From the NCBI RefSeq assembly GCF_006345805.1, contig NC_042998.1, forward strand, positions 138,756,001-138,820,000: a stretch of 64,000 nt of DNA, in the 5' to 3' direction. The notes below the pieces were generated by a model that was given only the letters and a program-made list of their open reading frames with translations, was not told where the DNA came from and did not search any database. This document shows positions 25,453 to 36,744 of this stretch, one piece after another (within the stretch, counting starts at the first letter, position 1; each line of letters starts with the position of its first letter). The position numbers and the translations under genes were made by a program. Source of the DNA: Octopus sinensis (taxonomy: Eukaryota).

Positions 25453-25811
25453 TCAGTAGCGACACCTGCAAGTCTGACTACGCTGCATTGATAAGGGGCA
25501 ACAACCCTGAAACGTCGTCTGTAGCTGTCTGCCTGGCAGGATGAAGCGGCTGACCTCCCTTGTTCGAAGGTTTATAATGGACGCAGTTTGTGTGTCAAAT
25601 AGCTAGCTTAAGGCCTCATGGAGCTAATCAGCGCCAGCTTTAGTCTTATATATATAAGACTGCCATAGTAGTATGGCGATAACTATTAATTCCCAGTAAC
25701 GCTGCCGTAATCTCTTTTAGAGAGACTTAGTAATTTTAATATTTCTATTATTGTAAACAAGTGGATGTATTCCACCGAAACTAGGTAAATAAAGCCTTCG
25801 AACTGGGACGA
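25453..25811 (+). repeat. 359-bp hammerhead-containing pLTR/retrozyme-like unit (copy B 44861-45218); ~300 bp of it is repeated at 27545-27848 (copy B 46961-47264)
   Basis: Near-identical direct repeats flank the ORF1 element. Confidence 0.9.
25482..25525 (+). ncRNA. Minimal type-I hammerhead ribozyme motif (also 27574-27617, 44890-44932, 46990-47033)
   Basis: GCTGCA-TTGATAA-GGGG caacaa CCCT-GAAA-CGTC-GTC^-TGTAGC. This gives helix I, a U3UGAUA8A core, helix II, GAAA, a short helix III and a GUC cleavage triplet. Identified by eye only. Confidence 0.65.
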
Positions 25812-25828
25812 TCAGTAGCGACACCTGC

Positions 25829-27544
25829 TTTTTGAATTTTGGTGTAGGATATTTAGGATTACGTTATTGGTGTGTAGCTGTACTTTTTTGGCGTCGGAAA
25901 AATTTTGACTACGTTATTGTAGTGTCGCGGTTCGTGAGATCGAATCCGGTCGTGGAAGTTGTTACGGCGTGGTGAAGTTTTTGAGATTTTTTCTCGAAAA
26001 TGGAAACCCAGACGTATGCGGGTGCAGCAGGCAAGGGCCTGGTTGCGAACGAATTGCAGTTAGAAGAAGTCATCGTCGAGAGGGAGACGTTGAACAAGTA
26101 TTTCGACAGCTTGAAGAGGGTGGGTGACTGTGTGAAGGTCACACCACCCGAAGAAGAAGCGGAAGAAGCGGAGAAACGGATTATAACGTACAAAACGTGG
26201 AGCGTGACTTCAAAGAAAATAGAAGATGGAGGAAATTGAATGCTGTCTTAAAGGAATAGAAGGAGAGTCTACCTACTACAACAGAGGTAGAAAGTTCGCA
26301 ACGGTGGTCGTTCACTTTAAAAGTGAAGACGAGGCGAAGAAGAACGCAACGAAAATTTTAAAAACAGAAAAATGGGTGTGTTTACCAAGCTACTGCGGGA
26401 AAAGGGCAGTAAGAATAAGAATAAGTAAGATTTCGCCGGAACTAAATATGGAAAGGATTTTAGCAGCAGTGGTGTTTAACTGCAAAGAAAACGTGGAAAT
26501 ATTGAAAGTCGAAAAATCAAAAGATGTAAAGTGGTGGGGTTATGCAGTGCAGGCGTTGGTCCACATTACAGTGCCTGACCTGTATAACATCCCGGAGGAG
26601 TTGGTGTTCCCCGACGAGACACGTCTCAGAGTCGTGGGGGAGAGGAGACCCCCAGGGTGTTACAAATGCAAAATAAGAGGCCACATGAAGGATGTGTGTC
26701 CGCTGGGAGAAGTGCGGGAGAAAACGATAGCACTGGAGACTTTAACGAATGAGTTGCAAGATGAGTGTGTGGAGGAGGAAATCGTCACTACAGATAATGT
26801 GGAAAGTGGTGAAGAGTTGGAGAAAGAAAATAGAAAAAGAACGCGGGTGGAATCACCACCTAAAGAACAAAAAAGAAGAAGAAAAAAGCGAAAAACAAGA
26901 TTACTGACGAGAAGGAAAACCGAACGGGAGAAGAGGATACAAAAGCAGAAGTGAGTGAACCGGTAAAACTAACAGCAGAGGAAGAATGGGACAGAAGAAT
27001 GAAAGAGCAGTTGAAAGCTTGTAAGAGAGGAGGAAGACCCAAGGGAAAGAAACACAGAGTGGTAATGTTATACGACAAGGACAAAAATACGGAAAAGATG
27101 TTGGCAAGTAGGAAAGGCTTAATTAGAGTAAAGTTGAACCCAGAAATATATGATGACCTGTGGAAGGCGGTAATCGTGGAGAAAGAGACAGTGCAGAAAT
27201 TGACATATGATTATAGAATATTTGAATGGTTATATGTACGTTATGACACCTTACCAGCTATTGTGGATCAGGAGAGCTTAATAGAGTATATAACAGATGA
27301 AGAACCAGGCATTACAGACGAGCGCCCGACGTAGCAGAGTAATATATGTAATTGTAAAATTGTAAACTGTAAAATTGTAGTTTAAATGAAACTGCAAGTT
27401 TTGGGGGGCTCGTAAGCCGTTCCATCTAATCCATTATAAATATCCATTTCAATTCATAATTTTCGATTTTTTTACTTTATGTACCCCACGTCCTGTTTGT
27501 AATGTCCCCTCTTAATTCGGGCCTTAGTGCCTATAATAAAGATT
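25829..27544 (+). mobile_element. ORF1-only (HAL1-like) L1/Tx1-type element, copy A, frameshifted
   Basis: Bounded by TCAGTAGCGACACCTGC at 25812-25828 and 27545-27561. The ORF at 26000-27334 is broken by an 8-nt deletion (~26226) and a 1-nt A-run deletion (~26870) relative to copy B. Confidence 0.75.
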
Positions 27545-27848
27545 TCAGTAGCGACACCTGCAAGTCTGACTACGCTTCATTGATAAGGGGCAACAACCCT
27601 GAAACGTCGTCTGTAGCTGCCTGACTGGCAGGATGAAGCGGCTGACCTCCCTTGTTCGAAGGTTTATAATGGACGCAGTTTGTGTGTCAAATAGCTAGCT
27701 TAAGGCGATGGCCTCATGGAGCTAATCAGCGCCAGCTTTAGTCTTATATTTATAAGACTGCCATATTAGTATGGCGATAACTATTAATTTCCAGTAACGC
27801 TGCCGTAATCTCTTTTAGAGAGACTTAGTAATTTTAATATTTCTATTA

Positions 27849-30445
27849 ATGTATATATGTTTACATATAAAAAGGTCCGAATTACACACAATGGAAATTA
27901 TATCAGGAATTAAAGGGGTTGAATAAGAGTTTTATGTGTCCAACAGCTGTTTTGGGGGCTTGGTAATCCAGAATAATGATTGTAAATTGATTCCATTATC
28001 GGATAATACCAGCCTCCGTCTTCTAGGAAGAATTCTACATTTGAGGTGTTGACAGAATGGAGTTTAAAGATGGCATAATTTTGTGGAGAACTAAGTGTAT
28101 TAGAAAGGGAAGTTGTGGGGTATTTAGACAAAGATTAGTGGGAGAAGGAAATACATTTCAGGGTTAGGATTAATGATGAGGTGGAAAGTGAGAGGAAGAA
28201 GGAAGGTTGTTTTTGGTAGTATGTGAATGGTGACGTTTGTGTTTATTTGTATGAGAGCTATAGCGTTAAAGGTTGAGATAGTGAAAATGGGGATGGCTAT
28301 TATTTGAAAGTTGACTGGTTCAGTGGTTGAGGGAGATTAGTAAGGTGTGTAAAGAGGAATGAGAGATGGAGGGGGGATAGAGTGGGGATGAGATGGTGGT
28401 CAAAATGTGATTATTTGTGGGACAAAGGAATTGGGTCAGTATTGAAGGTGAGGTGTTATGGTAAAGAGAAGTGTATGAAATTGAATAGAGGGGTGTGAAT
28501 ATGGAAGGGGTAGATGTAGATTGGTTAGTTTTCGAAGGAGTGAAGTACTGTCAAGTAGATTTTTTTTAAACTGGGGAGAGAGGAGAGGTTAAGAGTGAAG
28601 TGGGAAGGAGTTGATTTGAAGAATTTGGAAGCAATTGGAAAAGTGTGTAGGAGAAAGACTAAGAGGGGGAGAAGTAGTATTTTTTAAGTAGTAGGCTGTT
28701 AGGATGACTTTGTCTTAATTTAAGTTTTTTTGGATATGGAAACTTATCATGGGATTACATAGAAATAGCAAAGTGCGTGAAAGATGAGTAGTAGTACTTG
28801 TGTTTACAAGAATAAATGACATCTGAGAATCTATTAAGTAATGAGGAGTTATGAAGGCGAAGAATGGTTAATGATTCTTTTAGACATAAATTTCACTTGC
28901 CGATGTTTGCATTGTAAAAGGGAACTTTTACTATGGACCAGGATAGGGCGTATGGACCAGGATAGGGCGTATGGAATATTTTGAGATTTAAAGTTGTGTA
29001 CATACGTTGCTAAGGAGGTTGATAAATTAGAATTTGGATTGGAGAAAGAGTTCATGTGTGCACGGTAGCACACATGGACTCGAAATCTACGGTGCCGCCG
29101 ATATATGTCCTTGTTTGGTGGGAGCATGGTGTTATAACACGGTACTTGTAGATTACATGTTTGCGTAGACAGAAGACTGTAAGAGGGCAAAATTGAGAGA
29201 CACGACAATTGCAAGCTTTCCTACAAGTTCCATGGTTGGGGTTTACTGCTAGTGAGGTTGAGCTTCGTTTGTTCATTGTTAGTGGGGGAGAACCTGAAAG
29301 GTAATCTGTATTTGTATTGGATTGGGAAATGGTATTGCAGCTAGTATTTGTCGTTGCGTGGGTAGGATTGTGGGATGATGGCTTGAGTATGGTATCATTT
29401 AATTGAGTGGGATTACAAAGCGTTGTGTTATTGCTACTATGTGGGCTAACTTGGGATGCAGTGTGAGAGTTTAGATGTTCCGAGGACTAGTGTTGGAATT
29501 TGTGTTTGTTCGAAGAGACGATTATGGATCGAAAATTAGGTGTGGTGGAGTAGGAGATTTTCACGGATGATTTATTAAATATGGGATAGTATTCATGTTG
29601 TGATAGAAAGTTAGATTTCAGGATTTTAAAGAAGAGTTTAGGTAGATATTTAAGTTGGAGAGAGAAAGGTGGTGCGAACCATAAGATTTCCTGCTACATG
29701 TCCTTAGAATGTTTAGAGTATATGGCTGAAGTGAGTTGATCAGGAAGGGATGCTTGTAGCTGTTATAGGCTCGGGGTCGCCAGTAGGGCGGCCGAGTGTG
29801 ATGTGTAAGGGTTTTTTAGAGTTGTTGGATTGGTGTAGAGTGAAAGTAGTGTCCGTAGATTCAGGGTTAGTATTGGGAAAGAGATGTGTTATTTTAGTTT
29901 TAAGTTTAGTGTTGGGGGTATGATAGTTTTTTTCGTGGTAGCCGCTTATTTGGTTAAAATTTTCTTCGTTAGCAGATAAGTTAGAGATTCTGATAGCCAT
30001 GATTGTGATTACGCTACTAAAAGTATTGTTTAATTAGGGGGAGAAGGAATCGGTCAATTAAGTCATGCGCCCATGATTATATCGAAGAAATCTGTAGATG
30101 AGTTGCAGGTTCAATTATTATCCTTAAAATGAATCAGAGTTTTCTTTGTAGCTAGGATGATATTGATATCCGATAGGGAGGTGGGAGCATATTTTCGGGT
30201 GAAGATTAAGGCTTTATTTAAGAGAATTGGTGATATAGAGGAATAATAATTTGAAATGTCAAAGTGAAGGATATGGTTGTGTTGTTTCTCATGAAGAGAG
30301 TGAAACCAAGTGATGACGTCTCCTGTGCAATTTCAGAGCGGAAGCTTGACGTTAACCCTAACTAGGGGTAGAATACGGTCAATAATGCATTTATTAATTC
30401 GACCTAAGTTGGATTTAGTGGCGCAAATTAACACAAAAGTCATGG
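27849..30445 (-). mobile_element. Penelope-like element (RT + GIY-YIG), degenerate, copy A
   Basis: Minus frames: TKSNLGRINKCIIDRI..HFDISNYYSSIS (RT), and CNCRVSQFCPL..CLRKHVIYK..TYIGGT..STSLATYVH (GIY-YIG). A long pyrimidine-rich 3' region follows. Confidence 0.85.
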
Positions 30446-30562
30446 TTCACATATTACCTTAGCCACCCTTCCCTCTTCCTCCCGTCTTCCACTTCAGTCA
30501 AAATGACTGAAACAAGTAAAATAATAGAAGAGTATAAGAAAAAGGAATATATATATATGCAT

Positions 30563-30610
<48 letters not shown>

Positions 30611-31367
30611 ACAGTATGATATAGTTATCACGGCTGATCTTACCAATCGCGCTAGGAATACAACGGAGTGTTAGGTAGCAATCTGATTATATAACCTTAC
30701 GCTCATCAGAGTTAGCCGATATGGAAAGGAATGTGGTGACTGCACTCTACTATCGGAGGTGAATGGACACATCTGGTTGCGGTTCCTGTGAAAAAGATGG
30801 TGAAACGAAAATGAGCAAGAGATTAGGTTAGGAGTTATGTCAATTGGTTGAATTCGCTGTAAAGCCGGTAAGAGTTATCTTGAAGTGTTTGAGGGAAATG
30901 TGTGCATTATTAAGTGTGCTACTCCTGTGGGGATGAAATATATATTTCTTGCCGTAATGCTATGAGATCCCTTTTCTTTGATTTCTTTCGAAGTAATATT
31001 CAAGTGATGGCCCTGCAAAGGTACATATATTATGTAAACATATCTGTCGTTTCAGTAAACATATTGATAATATTTAAAGATATTGATTTATTTTAGCTCC
31101 ATCAATATGCCATATAAACGAAAGTACAATTGAGAATTTTATGAACGACATACTAATTAATTGTACTGGGAGAACAGGAACTCTAACACACCTGAAGAAC
31201 GGAGATGTGAAATTGTATTTGTGTAAGTAAAATGTATCGATATCTTAAAGTTGACTCTATATTGATAAAGTAGATGAGAGAAAATGCTTAGAACGGGAGA
31301 AAATATGGCGTACACCACACATATGCATACAGATACACGCACAAACGCACCCTTTCACATACACATA

Positions 31368-32198
31368 CAGGGGTTGGACTAAAGAATGGAAACACCTAGC
31401 ATCATAGTATCATAATTTTGAAATATCTATAAAGCAATCAAAAGCTTGTTTATTTTTATGTTTTTTTATTCATTGTTAGTGCTGCTTAAGATGTTTGGCT
31501 AAAATTGTTGTTTCATTTCAGATACCATCAGAAAAAGGTAATTAAAATTCATTAAAATGATAGATTCATCGGACTTTCAAAGATGTCAAATGGTGCTTGC
31601 ATGGTAGGCGCTAGCGTAACGAAAACAGCCGAAATGTTTGAGGTATCAAGAAGTACTATCTCGAAAGTAATGACAGCTTTTGAGAAAGAGGGAAAAACCT
31701 CCGCGTCGAAACAAAACTCCGGAAGAAAACCAAAACGTTCAGATAAGGACCGTCGGACTCTTACGCGAATTTTAAGAAAAGATCACAAAAGTACAGCACC
31801 CAAAATTACCGCAGAGCTTAATGACCACCTCAAGAACTCGGTTTCCACAAAAACTGTTCGCCGGGAGCTGCAGAAAGCCGGATTTCACGGGTGGGCTGCA
31901 ATCAGAAAACCACTACTTTCAAAAGCAAACGTTGCAAAGCGTTTAGAGTGGAGTAAAAACCTACAGAATTAGTCCCTAAGGCAGTTGAAGAATGTTATTT
32001 TCTTGGACGAATCATCCCTTACCTCATTTCCGACCACCGACCGAGTATACGTGTGGAGACGGCCAAAAGAAGCATTTGATGCAGAGTGCCTTCTTCCAAC
32101 TGTTAAACATGGAGGAGGATCTGTGATGATTGGGGTGGGGTGCTATATCTTGGAAATCCGCTGGCCCAATGGTTTGCCTTCATGGCAGAATTAATAGT
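31368..32198 (+). mobile_element. Tc1 element (same family as 1760-3019), 3'-truncated in copy A
   Basis: TA|CAGGGGTTGGACT TIR, transposase fragments, abrupt end at 32198. Confidence 0.9.
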
Positions 32199-32423
32199 TT
32201 CCTTTTAAGCATTTCCCCCCTTTGACAACGCAGACTGCCACTACTTGTCTCCAATTCTAGTTCTTTCTTTCGCTAAAATAAAACACAGATTGTACAATAT
32301 TTCTTATTTGCTAATGAATATTTTGACTGTTCTGATTTGTTCTTTGATTGTGTTACTATATAACTACGAACACGCACGGCTTAGAAAATCTTGTGTTCTA
32401 TTTTACTACTTTTTGAATACCAG

Positions 32424-32501
32424 GTGACCAACCAGTGGAAATGGAAACAACAGCTGATCATCTGAGCACAACCGAAAGTTATAATGTTCCTACAATATCT
32501 A
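32424..32501 (+). CDS. Ser/Thr-rich stalk exon (diverged paralog), (G)DQPVEMETTADHLSTTESYNVPTIS
   Basis: ttttgaataccag acceptor, GTATGT donor, 78 nt, phase 1-1, homologous to 52670-52747. Confidence 0.65.
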
Positions 32502-32709
32502 GTATGTATTGCTTGTCTTTTACTTAACGTTGATTTCAAATATAGATAGAGTAGAAATACGGATATTAATTTGTCAATACTCTAGGTAAGTGCACGATTT
32601 CTTGTTCTGCACCATAAATCAGTAGATATTTATTTTACGGAACAAAAATAGTCTACACGAAACCGGAGTATTGATAAATTCACTCCACTGTTTATGTGTT
32701 TCCTGCAAG

Positions 32710-32813
32710 CCTCGACTTGCAGCAATTTAGGTGGAATAATAACGGCATATATATATCAAAGGTCTAGGAGACATCTGTGAAAGCCGATGTCGCTGTCCCT
32801 TCATTCACAGCCA
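32710..32813 (+). pseudogene. Frameshifted paralog of exon 52971-53072
   Basis: 104 nt versus 102 nt because of an expanded (AT)n. There is also an in-frame TAG once the frame is corrected. Confidence 0.5.
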
Positions 32814-33488
32814 GTAATTAAAAATAAATAAATAAATAATATAAAAAGTATCTACTAACGTGACCTATCAATATACATTCAGGAAATATATTATTGCTCA
32901 TTTTGATGCGGAAATCTTCTTGAAATTGCTTAATTTCGTTAAAAAATCTATAATTAATTAGATATCTGATTGAAGTTGTAGAAAAATTACAATTAGCGTT
33001 AGTTACGATATAATAAACACCAAAAAAAAACTTGTCATTTTGATTTCTTCTCTCTGGGTCGATAAAATAAGTACCAGTTGAACAGTGGGGTCGATGTAAT
33101 CGACTTACTCCTTTCCCGAGACTGCTGGCCTTGAGCTAAATTTTGAAATCAGTATTATAGAGCGGAATTGGTGACATGTCGAGTTATGTTTTTTTTTAAA
33201 ACTAAGTCAACATAATCTACACATGAGTATAATAACAATGTGCTTTTCCCCACAACGCCAACAACAAAAACGATAACAGTAACAACAATATAAAATGAAT
33301 ATAAAAAACGTATTTTCACGGATCACGTTAGAAAATAAAATTCCTATATGTTTCTGTAAAGAGAGAATTAAAAAAAACAACAACCCAAAAAGAACAATTA
33401 CAATATAGATCAATTGTCTAGTAGAAAAAGGAAAAATGACATGTTTGAGCGACAATTGACATATATCGATGTGTGTGTGGGAGTGTTC

Positions 33489-33519
<31 letters not shown>

Positions 33520-33952
33520 ATATAAAACAAACGATGGATAGGTGTTAATTCGTTTGTTATTTATTTATTTATGATTCACCTCTCTCGGAACCTGCTCCTT
33601 GCGTGTTCCGAATTATATTATGGACCATATGTGTAATACAACGTTCATTTCTGGATTAACATAAGGGCTAGTAATGTACTCAGTAGGATTCAATTAATTG
33701 TATAAATAATTTGAATATATTTCTGTCTGTACTTCGGTATCAACGTTTGTATTCGTCTATAGTCGCTGTGCATGCATTTTAATTTTGACCTGACCTGGTG
33801 GTTTACCATTTAAGTGCCAGATTCATAAAAAAAGAACTATAAAACGCTAAATTGAAATAATAACAAATCGATAATCTTGTATAAAAGCATTCGACTTGTT
33901 ATGACAGGAAAGACGTTAAGATGACCTAAGAGATACTTACGTATGTATGTAT

Positions 33953-33989
<37 letters not shown>

Positions 33990-33990
33990 C

Positions 33991-34051
<61 letters not shown>

Positions 34052-34360
34052 TATATTTATACACATATATATGTACATGCACTCACACACACATACATGC
34101 ACTTACACTCAGAAATACAATATAACATACGCGTGTACGCAGATGGGCATATAAATAACAGATGCTATAAATACGGATGTTTGTTTGTAAACGTCACAAA
34201 TTAAGAAGAGCATCATTCACAATCAGAATCTTTTGCGCTCGTCGAAAACTGAGAGCAACTCTATATAACATTCTCTTTAAATACACACTGAAAACAGATC
34301 GACACATATAAAGCTGAAGAGATTCATGAATATATCCAAATACAAAACACAATCGCAGAT

Positions 34361-34412
34361 ATGAGAGGTAACATAGTGGTTGCAATTTTAATGCTATATT
34401 TGAGAATTGAAG
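34361..34412 (+). CDS. Copy B exon 1, signal peptide
   Basis: MRGNIVVAILMLYLRIE G|GTAAGA. Confidence 0.65.
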
Positions 34413-34437
34413 GTAAGAATATAGAAATGTTATAAAT

Positions 34438-34498
<61 letters not shown>

Positions 34499-34609
34499 CA
34501 CACACACACGCACACACGCAAACATATCTGCATGAAATTAGATATTAAATACTTTTGTTTTCAAAATATTAACGTTCATTAACCATATATGTAGATGTTA
34601 TGTGAAAGA

Positions 34610-34647
<38 letters not shown>

Positions 34648-35688
34648 AGGAGAATGTGTGTGTGTCTGTCTGTGTGTTTCTCTAAAACTTGAGAAATACA
34701 CAACCAATTTCATTCAAATTTTATACATGCCTTACTTAGGGTCCATGTAGTGTCATAGGCCAAACCTTTTTAAAACTCCTTGCCTAGTGCGAGCCAACAG
34801 CAATATCATATCTTCTCCATTATTTCAGTATTACGCGTCAAAAGTGAAACAATAACATCTCTCTATTACAGGCATACATACATACATACATACATACATA
34901 CATACATACATACATACATACATGCATGCATACATACATACATACATACATACATACATACATACATACATACATACATACATACATACATACATACATG
35001 CATGCATATATACATACATATATATATGTATATACATATATTTTTTAATAATATATTATCATTATTAATATAAGGAAATCAATATCAAACTCTTCATAAA
35101 GATATACCCGTGTGAAAGACTTTATTGTATTAAAAATATATATAAATAAATAAATATAACAATATAAATATAATGTATAAGATAAATTTGATAGTTTAAA
35201 AGTCTTGAATTAATTTTTTAAGCAACTTACGATCGTTTCGCAAAAGAGTTGTCACTATAATGAAATCCTATATTGATAAGCATTTATAGACAAACCTTCT
35301 GTTCTTCAGAGATATAAAACATGAATATTCTATAATATATCGAATGATAGTTTTTTAAAAATTTGAAGTAAAATTGTAAAATGGTGTTTGTAAAATGGTG
35401 TTTGTAAAATAGTGTTTGTTTGAAATGTAAAATAAAAATTAAAAATGACTACTTTCGATGAGAGTCTTCAAATCCATATATATTTCCTCGGTTACTCTAC
35501 TGCAACAATACACAATATTCATACACAAAATCCGTCATATTATCTTGAATTCCATACATGTATATATATACATGTATACATATAGAAGTATATGTATACA
35601 TGTATATGTATAGCTGTATATGTATAGATGTATATGTATAGATGTATCTCTATAGATATAGATGTGTAAGTATAGATGTATATGTGTA

Positions 35689-35726
<38 letters not shown>

Positions 35727-35832
35727 TGTACATGTAATATGTACACATATATATATATACATATATACATGCATACTTATATATATACCCATACACACAC
35801 ATAGACACATACACACACACATATACATACGT

Positions 35833-36152
35833 GCAGGTGTGGCTGTGTGGGAACAAACTTGGTTCCAAAACACATTGTCCTGGGTTCAGTTCCACTGTGT
35901 GGTGACTTGGCATGTGTCTTCTGCTATAGCCTCAGACCAACCAAAGCCTTGTCAGTGGATTTTTTAGACAGAAATTAATCGTATATATATGTATGTATAT
36001 ATGTAAGTCTACGTGTGTGTCTTTGTTTCTGTGTTTCTCCCTCATCACTGCTTCACAACTGCTATTCGTTTATTTACACCCCCATAACTTACTGGTTTCA
36101 CATGGAGAAACTGATTGAATAAGTACCAGGCTTATCAAAATAAAAAAAAAGC
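35833..36152 (+). mobile_element. SINE, complete in copy B (only the 3' half survives at 13110-13275 in copy A)
   Basis: gcaggtgtggctgtgtgg..ctgggttcagttccactg head, (TA)n, aataagtaccaggctt tail. Confidence 0.7.
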
Positions 36153-36554
36153 ACGAGGCAGTGTCTCATATTTTTGTTTGCCCACTCAATTGTATCTATC
36201 AATCAATTTTGTGTGTGTGTATATATATATATCTATATATATATATATCACAGTGACCGACCAGGCTATCAGATGTTGCTACATATCGCTGGTCACAATG
36301 CGCCGCTTCGCATTGTTTTAGCCTTCAAATTACGCAACCCCGCTGGCTAAGATGGCAGGCAAACAGAAGAAAGAGTGAGAGAAAGTTGTGGCGAAAGAGT
36401 ACAGAAGGGATCGCCACCACCCACTGCCGGAGCCTCGTAGAGCTTTAGGTGTTTTCGCTCAATAAACACACACACACAACACCAGGTCTGGGAATCGAAA
36501 CCGCGATCTTACGACGGCGAGTCCGCTGCCCTAACCACTGGGCCATTGCGCCTC

Positions 36555-36592
<38 letters not shown>

Positions 36593-36604
36593 CACGCACA
36601 TATA

Positions 36605-36726
<122 letters not shown>

Positions 36727-36744
36727 CATGTATGTATATGTGCA

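Noticed and set aside
25760-25795. Second hammerhead half (GTGGA-tgtat-TCCAC-C-GAAAC-TAG-GTA)
   Set aside because: No CUGANGA-like segment upstream and no helix I partner.
25453-27848. LTR retrotransposon or DIRS interpretation of the repeat-gag-repeat structure
   Set aside because: No TG..CA termini, PBS or PPT, and no RT/RNase H/integrase/YR. The ORF resembles LINE ORF1, and a third 17-bp copy defines a TSD-like boundary. It is not formally excluded.
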